A stretch of 25,745 nt of DNA from a virus: the IMG/VR virus record IMGVR_UViG_3300009519_000012. One strand, 5' to 3'. Each line of letters opens with the position of its first letter. Positions within the stretch are counted from its first letter, which is position 1. The notes beneath the pieces were generated by a model. That model saw only the letters and a program-made list of their open reading frames with translations, was not told where the DNA came from and searched no databases. This document shows positions 16,308 to 24,434 of this stretch, piece after piece. Position numbers and translations under genes: made by a program.

Positions 16308-16522
16308 AGATTTTGTCGCATGAAACCCACTGTTTTAACGGTGGGCTGAATGCGATTTTCCTTTCGTTTGACAAAGTAACGTAAAAGATTTACGCTTAAA
16401 AGATACGGCGGGACACGTCGGACTTTAAGCGCGTGGAGCGGATATGAGACTTGCCAGATGTTTTGGAAAGCAATCCGCGATGAAACGTGAATCCCATGAA
16501 TTTATTCGTGGGAGGATGTCAA
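16308..16522 (+). mobile_element. Remnant C: 215-bp non-autonomous IS200/IS605 mini-element (PATE-like) comprising LE hairpin, promoter, tnpB tail/omegaRNA scaffold and RE ending in TCAA
   Basis: LE hairpin at 16316-16355; TTGACA(16368)-17-TACGCT(16391); degenerate TnpB tail TAGHVG..ARG..KRESHEFIRGRMS; RE CCCATGAATTTATTCGTGGGAGGATGTCAA. Confidence 0.88.
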
Positions 16523-17166
16523 TTCTTTTCCTTTTCGATTTCCTCTTTCAATTGCTTCCAAAGAGTCTCCATGTCGATCCTCTCCTTACCCGGATACCAG
16601 CACGACGGTCCTTGCGCTTTAATAACCTTATTGAGTGCTTCTACAGCCTTCCATACTTCATCAGATAGTTCTCCATCATCCGCAAGATCGTCACACCATT
16701 CATCTCCGTCAAGTTGATGCAAGTAGTGAGGCTCTGCAATAACCACGTGCATCTCCGGCTCCTCACCGCGCTTCGTCGCCTCTTCCAACTGCCAGTACAT
16801 CTCATCTAACAGTTGATCTTTATCCCAAAAATACTTGTCCCGCGCATCATCAACTGTTGGCGTGTTGCCATCCCATTTAGCAACGGGAAGAGCGTAGTAT
16901 TTATCGCAATCTATCTTTGCTTGACATGATCGGCATCGAGTTTCTCCTTGGCGCATCACTGATCCGCAAGCGCACTTCTGATGAGTGCAACCTGACCACC
17001 TCGCCCCATGCTCACTGCTAGGATTGTCGCCGGGGTAAAATACTCCAGTACGAGACTTCCAGCCTATTTCAGAAACTTTCTTGGCAGCTTCATCGCTATT
17101 GTACATCACTACTTTTTCTTCTGACATCTGATCCTCTCCCATTATCGCACTAACCGATACTCCCAT
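16519..17166 (-). CDS. Hypothetical protein with Cys motifs (CxxxxCxC, CxxC); current stop codon contributed by element C
   Basis: 215-aa ORF; the likely start is MSEEKVV (ATGA overlap). Confidence 0.7.
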   Translation of the reverse strand: MGVSVSAIMGEDQMSEEKVVMYNSDEAAKKVSEIGWKSRTGVFYPGDNPSSEHGARWSGCTHQKCACGSVMRQGETRCRSCQAKIDCDKYYALPVAKWDGNTPTVDDARDKYFWDKDQLLDEMYWQLEEATKRGEEPEMHVVIAEPHYLHQLDGDEWCDDLADDGELSDEVWKAVEALNKVIKAQGPSCWYPGKERIDMETLWKQLKEEIEKEKN

Positions 17167-17540
17167 GCGTTTGAGTCCACAATCCTGCGCTTCTCAATCA
17201 CATGACACCCATACTCTGGCAAGCGTAAATCACGAATACGGCTCTTAACGCTGGAATCACAGACGAATACATTCTCTTTTTCTTTTATAAACGCCTGCAA
17301 CCTCCACGGAATCCACCACTCATGATTCCTCATCAGTCGCAACACAATCCCATTTAACGTTTTCCTATCGGGATCAGCAGCCTTGAAATTATACATTTCC
17401 TTGGCTTTCTGTTCCGCGTTCTCGTATCCAAAATCAACTAAGAACTCATATCCTTTGCTCTCAAGAAAATCAGCCGCACGCTTCACTTGAGAGGACACCT
17501 TCACGTTGTTTTCCTTGCACCACTGATTCAATTCGCTCAT
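17142..17540 (-). CDS. Hypothetical protein (possible winged-helix C-terminus)
   Basis: 132 aa; GGAGAGG RBS; the SVKSRIRDLR..YGCHVIEKRR...WEYRL pattern resembles small phage wHTH proteins. Confidence 0.65.
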   Translation of the reverse strand: MSELNQWCKENNVKVSSQVKRAADFLESKGYEFLVDFGYENAEQKAKEMYNFKAADPDRKTLNGIVLRLMRNHEWWIPWRLQAFIKEKENVFVCDSSVKSRIRDLRLPEYGCHVIEKRRIVDSNAWEYRLVR

Positions 17541-17775
17541 TTTTCCTCTCCTTCTCCCAGTGCCTTAGTTTCGCAGCACATGAGTTTGTACAACACCTGC
17601 GGATACCGTCTGGAATCCTATTCATTTCACGTAACTTCCACGTAAACAAATCCTTACACCATTCACAGCGAAGATTCAAGGTTATCAGCGTGTATATATG
17701 CTTACTCTCTCCGCATTTACACATCGTCCTTCCGTCTAACCGGAACCTCTTACACTCTGTGCAGATAGCAGCCAT
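17470..17775 (-). CDS. Cys-rich putative zinc-binding protein
   Basis: CTEC, CKC, CEWC and CCTNSC motifs. Confidence 0.6.
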   Translation of the reverse strand: MAAICTECKRFRLDGRTMCKCGESKHIYTLITLNLRCEWCKDLFTWKLREMNRIPDGIRRCCTNSCAAKLRHWEKERKNERIESVVQGKQREGVLSSEACG

Positions 17776-17776
17776 T

Positions 17777-17983
17777 TCAATCCCTCCGCATCAAACTGAA
17801 CTCTGACGGATTACCTTTAGGCCAATTCCAGTCACTTACATCACAGACACCTTTTTCTGTTAGACAAACATCACATCCACCTGTCCAGAAAGTTGCTACG
17901 TGTCCTGTCGGCCATAACGCTCCATTCTGTTCTGCGCAGTCATGACATATAGTGTAGACTCCTATCAACTTTTCTTTCTTCAA
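17777..17983 (-). CDS. Small Cys-rich protein
   Basis: CHDC and CDVC motifs; ATGA overlap. Confidence 0.65.
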   Translation of the reverse strand: MKKEKLIGVYTICHDCAEQNGALWPTGHVATFWTGGCDVCLTEKGVCDVSDWNWPKGNPSEFSLMRRD

Positions 17984-18213
17984 ACCTTTTCCTTGTCCTT
18001 CCAGTTACCCACTATTCGCTCAACACTGGCGGCGATAGGATACGTGCTAATAGTCTTTTTGTGAACTCGGCAGTTTGGGTCTAAAGACGTTACCATTATC
18101 CCTTGAAGATCGTAGGGTTCCCCACCGTTTCTGCACGAACACTTAGCCTCTGGAGACCACTTTGCAGTAGTCTCCAGTTCCTCTTCATCTTCGTTTTCGA
18201 TCCAACGTCTCAT
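17980..18213 (-). CDS. Hypothetical protein
   Basis: 77 aa with ATGA overlaps. Confidence 0.6.
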   Translation of the reverse strand: MRRWIENEDEEELETTAKWSPEAKCSCRNGGEPYDLQGIMVTSLDPNCRVHKKTISTYPIAASVERIVGNWKDKEKV

Positions 18214-19202
18214 AAATTGTCCTTATTAGAATTAAGATTCTCCTGTTCTAATTCATCACTATAGTTATCGTCACTTTCTTCATTTGAGAATAATCCATAG
18301 TTTATACTGGTGGCGTGTTCTATGTTTTTACATCCTTGTTCCCAGTATGATGTTTTTAATTCGCTTCCGATAAACCGTCTTCCTAGTTGCATTGCAATAA
18401 ATCCTGTTGATCCTACTCCTGAAAACGGATCGTATATAACATCTTTTGGATTAGACCAAAGATGAACACATCTTTCGATTAAGTCTAACGCCATAGGACA
18501 TATATGTCTTTCGTCTTGATTCTCTCTTGCGCATCTTCCGTTTAACGTGCGAGTAAAATCAATATCCATCCACACTGGAGAAGCGTATCTCCTCCATCTC
18601 TCATGAGATAATACCCCGTTCTTTGGTGGGTTTTCTCCTGAAAACCATTCTAATCCTTTTTCATGAGCGATAGGTTCCGCATTCTCTCCCGGTATTCTGA
18701 ATGCAAGGATGTATTGAGGAATACCAGCCCTCACCATAGATGAATCTTTGCAAAGTTGTTTATGCATCAATCCTATTGCTTTGGTTCTTGTCGCTTCTAA
18801 TAGTGGATCTTTCCACGCACAGTGTTCACTGTGGAATATAAATCCAGCATCTAAAAACTGCCGAATAATATCACCCCGAAAATCTTTTAATCCAATATAT
18901 CCATCCCTGCTCTTCATTGCAGGGATATTCATGCAATCTATTGCTACTATTCTCCCTTTTTTTGTGATCCGAAACAACTCATCTATAAGCACACGAAAGT
19001 GTGTTTGAAACTCTTCATCAGTCCTACTGTTCCCCATATCCCTCTCGCTTCCAGAATAGCAATATAAGTTCGAGTACGGGCAAGAAGTAACGGTTAGATC
19101 AATTGATTCTGTTGGTAAAGATTTAGCAACATCTACGCAATCCGCATTGTAAGAAACCCAATCTGTTCCTGTTTTTTGGTTTATAACTTTTGAAGTAGTC
19201 AT
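18210..19202 (-). CDS. DNA methyltransferase, N4-C/N6-A, beta-class motif order
   Basis: N-terminal catalytic-type motif TSCPY (SPPY variant) and C-terminal SAM motif IYDPFSGVGSTG. Start MTTSK at 19202 with GGAGG RBS; the track starts at 19223. Confidence 0.9.
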   Translation of the reverse strand: MTTSKVINQKTGTDWVSYNADCVDVAKSLPTESIDLTVTSCPYSNLYCYSGSERDMGNSRTDEEFQTHFRVLIDELFRITKKGRIVAIDCMNIPAMKSRDGYIGLKDFRGDIIRQFLDAGFIFHSEHCAWKDPLLEATRTKAIGLMHKQLCKDSSMVRAGIPQYILAFRIPGENAEPIAHEKGLEWFSGENPPKNGVLSHERWRRYASPVWMDIDFTRTLNGRCARENQDERHICPMALDLIERCVHLWSNPKDVIYDPFSGVGSTGFIAMQLGRRFIGSELKTSYWEQGCKNIEHATSINYGLFSNEESDDNYSDELEQENLNSNKDNL

Positions 19203-20662
19203 TTCGATCCTCCGACCAACCATTCTGGTATGTCTATTTCATGTTTAGGTTCGTAAGGAGTGACTTCACGAACTGTTCCTGTCAAGTTCAACCTAGTCAA
19301 GTCTTGCATATTTGCCACCATTTCATCGGCCATTTGATTAGCTTCTTTTTCTTTCCTCTTCAAATTTTCTAGAACATTCCCCTCTGTCGATGCAGCGATG
19401 ATATGTACGTGGACTGGTTTCGTTTGTCCAAACCTCCAGCAACGCCTTACGGATTGGAAAAAACTCTCAAAACTATCCGTAACTCCAACGTGAATCATGT
19501 GAGAACAACTCTGGAAATTCGACCCCCAACCAAAAATTGAAGATTTGCTGACAAGCCTATGTATACCACCTTCTGAAAATTCAAGAGCGCATTGAGCTTT
19601 GTATTCGGATGAATCTGATCCTGTTACTTCAATAGAACCGTCAAGAGATTTAGTGATTAGATCGCTCTCTCGATTTAGGTTTGTCCATATTAGCCATATC
19701 TCTTTATCTTCTTTATTAACGATTTCTACGGCTTTTTCTACTCGACTATCGACAGTAGAACGTCTTGCGGATAAACGCTCACTCATTGTCTCCGCTGGCA
19801 TCGCAAATAACATTCCTTCAGATAGATTGTTTACTTTTACGATATGTTCGTGGTAAATCAATTCTGGAAGTATGAATGGTCCTGGGTCATATCCTACGTC
19901 ACCAGGAGTCCGTATATTTACAGCCCAAGAGCAAACCCATTTCCAAAAGTCCTGTCTAGCGTGTCCTTTTAATCTCCACTTTTGAGTCTCCCCACCATCG
20001 TGAGTAAAAAACGTAGACAACATCTCGTTAGATTTCATTATTCCAAGAAACTCAGCATGATTTCCTAGTTCCATTGTGTCATTAGGAGATGGAGTAGCAG
20101 TTCCGCATAATTTATATGGTGTATTTGAAAATAAATCTATGAGTAATTTTTTGGTAACACCGTCCATCGCTTTCAAGCAACTTGACTCGTCAAGAACAAC
20201 TCCTGAATAATCAGATGCGTCAAAGTGATCTAAACGCTCATAGTTTGTTACGACGATAGAAACACCGTTAGATTCTTCTGAATTATGGCAGTATTTTACT
20301 CCTTTGATGCCAAACTTATCAGCCTCGCGTACCATCTGGTAGCACACGGAAAGAGGAGCTAGAATAATAACTGGCATATTTGTATGCGATGCAATAACCT
20401 CACTCCAATTTAGCTCTATAAGGCTTTTCCCTAACCCTGTTCCGAGAAATGCAGCCGCTCTCCCTAATCTCAATGCCCACGATGTAACGTCTCTCTGGTG
20501 AGGAAACATATTAATGTTTAATTCTGGAATATCGGTCAACCCTGAAACTATAGGGGTGTACCTTTTTCTTTCCAGAAATTTTTCATACTGTGATTTATCC
20601 ACGTACTCTCCCATACAACGTTTCACTTTCAATACTATTTCACAATCGCAGAAAATTGTCAA
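19199..20662 (-). CDS. SF2 (SNF2-like) helicase/ATPase
   Basis: Motif I FLGTGLGKS, motif II VVLDESS, motif III GTATP, motif VI QSVRRCWRFGQ; the start may be 20614 (MGEYV). Confidence 0.9.
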   Translation of the reverse strand: MTIFCDCEIVLKVKRCMGEYVDKSQYEKFLERKRYTPIVSGLTDIPELNINMFPHQRDVTSWALRLGRAAAFLGTGLGKSLIELNWSEVIASHTNMPVIILAPLSVCYQMVREADKFGIKGVKYCHNSEESNGVSIVVTNYERLDHFDASDYSGVVLDESSCLKAMDGVTKKLLIDLFSNTPYKLCGTATPSPNDTMELGNHAEFLGIMKSNEMLSTFFTHDGGETQKWRLKGHARQDFWKWVCSWAVNIRTPGDVGYDPGPFILPELIYHEHIVKVNNLSEGMLFAMPAETMSERLSARRSTVDSRVEKAVEIVNKEDKEIWLIWTNLNRESDLITKSLDGSIEVTGSDSSEYKAQCALEFSEGGIHRLVSKSSIFGWGSNFQSCSHMIHVGVTDSFESFFQSVRRCWRFGQTKPVHVHIIAASTEGNVLENLKRKEKEANQMADEMVANMQDLTRLNLTGTVREVTPYEPKHEIDIPEWLVGGSK

Positions 20663-20675
20663 GGTTTTTCTGCGC

Positions 20676-21167
20676 CTATTTTCCTACCCAAAACCGCGTT
20701 TTTTTGTATGCCGCCTTCTCAGCCAGCAACACCGCCGCCCCAGTGAAATTGATACGATTGAGTCGCCATACATCTTGTCTCATATCCGCTACACGTGCAT
20801 CTCCTATCTCAAAACTCATTCCGAATTTACCTTTGCGTATCTGCTCTACATCTTTAGGACAGTCTCTTCCGTATAGTATTCCTCGTACTACTATCCTGTT
20901 TCCTATCATCCTAGCTTTTAAGATGACTCCTATTTTCCTTTGCGCATCATGCCCCTCATTATCCATCCTCCGACATAATCCCATGCCTACAATCGATCCT
21001 AAAGCCTCTACTACGGCCTTGCGCTCCAGTAGTATTTTATGTCCTCTTGCGCCACTAGGAGCTTTATCGGAAGGCTCATCTACAAATCCTAGCACGCCAA
21101 GGAAAGGTAGCCTGTTCGGATGTTTCGGATACTTTGGTAATTCTACTGCAAAGCACTCAATTCTCAT
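20676..21167 (-). CDS. Prohead-protease-like protein (S78/DUF2213-type fold)
   Basis: GHDAQRKIG (His) and GMSFE (Ser) motifs in HK97-protease order, followed by FTGAAVL..KAAY. Confidence 0.55.
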   Translation of the reverse strand: MRIECFAVELPKYPKHPNRLPFLGVLGFVDEPSDKAPSGARGHKILLERKAVVEALGSIVGMGLCRRMDNEGHDAQRKIGVILKARMIGNRIVVRGILYGRDCPKDVEQIRKGKFGMSFEIGDARVADMRQDVWRLNRINFTGAAVLLAEKAAYKKTRFWVGK

Positions 21168-21375
21168 TGGATTCCTTGACTTGAATCTTTATGCAATCCG
21201 GCCACTTAGGGCACTTAGGAGTTTCACCAAAATGTTCCATAACGTACTTCCCATGTTTGAAACACTCTCCGCCTGCACGATGCTCCCCTTCGTGTCCCTT
21301 GGGTAGTACGCACGAAAAGTACGTTCCCCAACGAGGGATGAAACTGGCCGCGTACTCTCCGCATTGATCGTCCAT
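21157..21375 (-). CDS. Small Cys/His-rich hypothetical protein
   Basis: 72 aa; CVLPKGHEGEH motif. Confidence 0.6.
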   Translation of the reverse strand: MDDQCGEYAASFIPRWGTYFSCVLPKGHEGEHRAGGECFKHGKYVMEHFGETPKCPKWPDCIKIQVKESNEN

Positions 21376-21989
21376 TATTTAGCTGATCCCTTGCCGCGAT
21401 AGAAATCTACATTACGACACTGTGCGCTTCTACATCCACAGCTACTATAATGTTCATCCTCTTTTTGCCCACACGCGCAATATCCTGGTTTATTATACAT
21501 ATATTCGGATGTTGACAATGGTTCTGAGTACATATATCCACTATCGCATTTAGAACAGTTGCAATATATTTTTTCTTCTTTAGCTTCCTTGCCGCGTCGG
21601 TAGGCTTCGATAATTCGATCATTAACCTCTTTTTTAACTGTAACAGTGTTATCTGCCAATACAACAGGAATTCCTTGCGCGACAGGAAACATCAAACTTT
21701 TGATCTCCTCCGGCACTTCCGTTTCCGGCGCAAGGAACATACGGCGCACAGATTCCACTGCGATACAATAAGCATCATCGCAGGGGAACTTACCGCGATC
21801 TTTCCGAGCGGCGTATACATTGTCCACGATGAGCCTGAATGAGCTAGTTCCAAGCGCATCACTCAGCCAGCGCAAAGCCGCTTCGAGAATCTTATTGGTG
21901 ATAACTGCGCCGTTTTCTCTCCAGTTTTTGTCATACGCAGCCTTCGCCACCTCTAGCATCCCATTAGGAACTACAATCTTGTCGCTCAT
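21375..21989 (-). CDS. Hypothetical protein with a C-terminal Cys-rich region
   Basis: 204 aa; AAGGAG RBS. Confidence 0.7.
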   Translation of the reverse strand: MSDKIVVPNGMLEVAKAAYDKNWRENGAVITNKILEAALRWLSDALGTSSFRLIVDNVYAARKDRGKFPCDDAYCIAVESVRRMFLAPETEVPEEIKSLMFPVAQGIPVVLADNTVTVKKEVNDRIIEAYRRGKEAKEEKIYCNCSKCDSGYMYSEPLSTSEYMYNKPGYCACGQKEDEHYSSCGCRSAQCRNVDFYRGKGSAK

Positions 21990-22126
21990 TTGCTCTCCTT
22001 GGTTTTCATATTAGGCTTTTCAACTTTCTCAGGAATTAGCCTTGTAGCAAGACAAAGGACGCATTTCTGCGTTGGGAAGAATACTCCAAAAGTACGCCAA
22101 TCGTGTTTGCATATATTGTCGCTCAA
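21986..22126 (-). CDS. 46-aa hypothetical protein (TTG start, ...ICKHDW...KCVLC...)
   Basis: Manual translation; start and stop overlap both neighbouring genes. Confidence 0.55.
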   Translation of the reverse strand: MSDNICKHDWRTFGVFFPTQKCVLCLATRLIPEKVEKPNMKTKESK

Positions 22127-22701
22127 GCCGCCACCTTTTCATTCGCCGCTTTCACGGTATCTCTATTCACTCTCCTAGCCGCATCAGACCATGCCAACTC
22201 AAAAGCCCTACCACGGCTATCCTTATCGACATAGGAGTATTCCCTTGAAAGTCTCCTAACGATGAAACTTTCTGTTCTCTCTAATTTTACTTTCTGTTTT
22301 ATATATCCGATTGTTCCTTCGACAAAACCATCCTCCCAGTATTTCCGCTCTCCATGAACTCCAAGCATGAGAATCTTTCTATTATGGTCCTCGTACAACC
22401 ATACATTTCCGCGTTTATACTTCCTGTAAACTATCTTTTGGTTATCCTCTATCTTGGATGGTTCATCGATTCCAGATGTAACACAGATAGGATTTTTTGA
22501 CCACGCGGATTTGTACTCTTTCCAATACTTACGCTCCAAAGGAACAGGTATTTCAGAACACGAAATCCCTAACGCGCTCAACTCCATTACAGCGTCACAC
22601 GTTGCACACCGGATACCACGGTAATCACTAATAGGACCATCTCTCCTAATAAAAGGAGATACAGGCTCTACTATTGTTTCATGTTTACATTTTTCGCTCA
22701 T
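22123..22701 (-). CDS. Hypothetical protein
   Basis: 192-aa ORF with a purine-rich RBS. Confidence 0.65.
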   Translation of the reverse strand: MSEKCKHETIVEPVSPFIRRDGPISDYRGIRCATCDAVMELSALGISCSEIPVPLERKYWKEYKSAWSKNPICVTSGIDEPSKIEDNQKIVYRKYKRGNVWLYEDHNRKILMLGVHGERKYWEDGFVEGTIGYIKQKVKLERTESFIVRRLSREYSYVDKDSRGRAFELAWSDAARRVNRDTVKAANEKVAA

Positions 22702-22718
22702 CCCCGTCTCCTCTCAAA

Positions 22719-22872
22719 CTACCACCGCAGCACCTTCATCTCCATCAAAGTCTTTCGGTACTCACTCATTCCCAAAACATCGTCCATCCGTTCAAGAAAT
22801 TTTGACGTTACTATTCTTTTGACATCCTCCCCACGGATAAATCCGGGGGGCTTGCGCTCACTCGTCGGTCAT
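22719..22872 (-). pseudogene. Small ORF MTDE(R)IVTSKFLERMDDVLG... interrupted by remnant D
   Basis: Removing 22819..22861 restores a 36-aa open frame. Confidence 0.45.
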
Positions 22873-22984
22873 TCTTTAATTTTCTCCCACACTCAGGCCA
22901 ACCATCGGTGAATCCTTTGTATACAAGAATCCCATATTGCGCTAAAACAACTACTATCAGAAATCCAGCAACTATGTTTTTCAT
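22811..22984 (-). CDS. 57-aa small membrane protein MKNIVAGFLIVVVLAQYGILVYKGFTDGW..., C-terminus now read through remnant D
   Basis: Manual translation; ATGA overlap with the upstream gene; one TM helix. Confidence 0.55.
   Translation of the reverse strand: MKNIVAGFLIVVVLAQYGILVYKGFTDGWPECGRKLKNDRRVSASPPDLSVGRMSKE
22819..22861 (-). mobile_element. Remnant D: ~43-bp IS200/IS605 right-end hairpin ending in TCAA
   Basis: Minus strand GTGAGCGCAAGCCCCCCGGATTTATCCGTGGGGAGGATGTCAA; same terminal GGGAGGATGTCAA as element C. Confidence 0.8.
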
Positions 22985-23394
22985 CTTTTTTCCTGTGGCG
23001 CACTAGATTTTTCAATCACGCTAGGATTATTCAGTAGATGATGTAGCGCAGAACTTGGCTCAGTCGGTTTTTCAAGAGTATCTACAAAATCATGAAACTC
23101 TTTGGGCGATAATACAATTTCTTTTTCTTCAGGATAAGGACGTGGTGTTAATTCCTCTCGCATATATTCTACAAACTTATCTATATATTTCATCTTCCTA
23201 ACCGCCTTTGGTTTTCCTAGTTTTCTCAACTCTACTAATTCACGCAAGCACTCCTGTACATCTTCCGATATATTGCACATCATTGGATCGTAGGCCAACT
23301 GGTATAGACGCTCATCGGATACGGTCATTTCATCCCCCTTTGTAGTTCCGTTAATACTGACAACTCCCGTCCTAATATCCGAGAGTTGAGACAA
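22981..23394 (-). CDS. Hypothetical protein with a DUF1778/TacA-like C-terminal segment (likely start MTVSDERL)
   Basis: IVLSPKEFHDFVDTLEKPTEPSSALHHLL resembles the C-terminus of DUF1778 antitoxins. Confidence 0.5.
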   Translation of the reverse strand: MSQLSDIRTGVVSINGTTKGDEMTVSDERLYQLAYDPMMCNISEDVQECLRELVELRKLGKPKAVRKMKYIDKFVEYMREELTPRPYPEEKEIVLSPKEFHDFVDTLEKPTEPSSALHHLLNNPSVIEKSSAPQEKR

Positions 23395-23684
23395 AGATCA
23401 TAGAAAGAATCCCATTCGCAATCCACAAACTCTATTCCATCCACTTCGTTTATTAAATCTATCACAACATCAAAATACATATCCCTAACTTTAACTAATT
23501 CTTTAATTTCTTCCTTTACTTGCCTAATTTCCTCAAGCCGCTCATCTGTGAATTTCCTAGCCGCTGCATAATTCATCTCACCTTCCATGTCGCATATATC
23601 CATACGTCCATAGGTCATAGGACAGTAGTCGCTCCAGTGACTATTCACATATTCGTAATCAAGTTTATCTTGTACTGTATTCAT
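23325..23684 (-). CDS. Hypothetical protein
   Basis: 119 aa; ATGA overlap. Confidence 0.65.
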   Translation of the reverse strand: MNTVQDKLDYEYVNSHWSDYCPMTYGRMDICDMEGEMNYAAARKFTDERLEEIRQVKEEIKELVKVRDMYFDVVIDLINEVDGIEFVDCEWDSFYDLCLNSRILGRELSVLTELQRGMK

Positions 23685-23830
23685 CGTCTATCTCCCGTCA
23701 AAACATCAAACAATTCAGTCAGCGCACAGTGAGCGCACTGCCACATAGTACACTTCCTACCCCGCACGTCCATGTATCCTAGTTCTTTCCATACGTGACC
23801 GAATCGGAACCAGCACAAAAAGCGTTTCAT
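23681..23830 (-). CDS. 49-aa DUF1660-like protein MKRFLCWFRFGHVWK...CAHC
   Basis: Manual translation; the LC..FGH.W pattern of small prophage proteins. Confidence 0.6.
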   Translation of the reverse strand: MKRFLCWFRFGHVWKELGYMDVRGRKCTMWQCAHCALTELFDVLTGDRR

Positions 23831-24036
23831 CTTACTCTCCCAGTATAATCAAGAAAGTCCCACCACCTATGGTTAAAATCATATACCGCTTCTGGTGGAC
23901 ACAGATCAATTTTCCTAGTCGGCAACTTGCTCACCTTTTCATTTTCAAAGTCGCCACCGTGATCCTTGCAGTACAGATGTTCGTCTATAATATGAAAGCA
24001 TCGTGAGCAATGAGAACTATCCATTATTGTTTCCAT
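23827..24036 (-). CDS. Hypothetical protein (CxxC..C..H)
   Basis: 69-aa ORF in the gene run. Confidence 0.6.
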   Translation of the reverse strand: METIMDSSHCSRCFHIIDEHLYCKDHGGDFENEKVSKLPTRKIDLCPPEAVYDFNHRWWDFLDYTGRVR

Positions 24037-24245
24037 TTCCTATGCGGTCTCTTCTCGCTTGCCGACTCGCCTGTTATCTCAACCCCATCACTCATCTGCT
24101 CACGCGCTATCCAACCCCTACAAGCCCAAATCATTTCTCTCCTGCCGCCACCGGATAACATGAACTGTCCATGCTCCTTCCACCACTTCTGGAAAGGGTG
24201 ACTTGGATTATCAAAATCTCGGAAGCGCGTCCTAAAGTCATCCAT
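24024..24245 (-). CDS. Hypothetical protein
   Basis: 73-aa ORF in the gene run. Confidence 0.6.
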   Translation of the reverse strand: MDDFRTRFRDFDNPSHPFQKWWKEHGQFMLSGGGRREMIWACRGWIAREQMSDGVEITGESASEKRPHRKWKQ

Positions 24246-24248
24246 TTA

Positions 24249-24434
24249 TTATTCGACCTTATTTGCTACATAAAGTGCAGGTCTGTAAAAAGGATTATCT
24301 TTATACACTCCCGCTGAACGCAAAGCGCGTATGGCTGTTTGGCGAGAGAAATAAAAATCCCCCCACACAGGTTCCCATCGTCCAGTCTTTTTGTTCATCA
24401 ACGATTCAATTACCCAAACTTCCCTCTTTCGCAT
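24249..24434 (-). CDS. Hypothetical protein
   Basis: 61 aa; GGAGG RBS. Confidence 0.6.
   Translation of the reverse strand: MRKREVWVIESLMNKKTGRWEPVWGDFYFSRQTAIRALRSAGVYKDNPFYRPALYVANKVE

Noticed and set aside
13321-16391. CRISPR array interpretation of the repeats
   Set aside because: There are only two 94-bp copies ~3 kb apart, and the 12-bp terminal repeat has no spacers.
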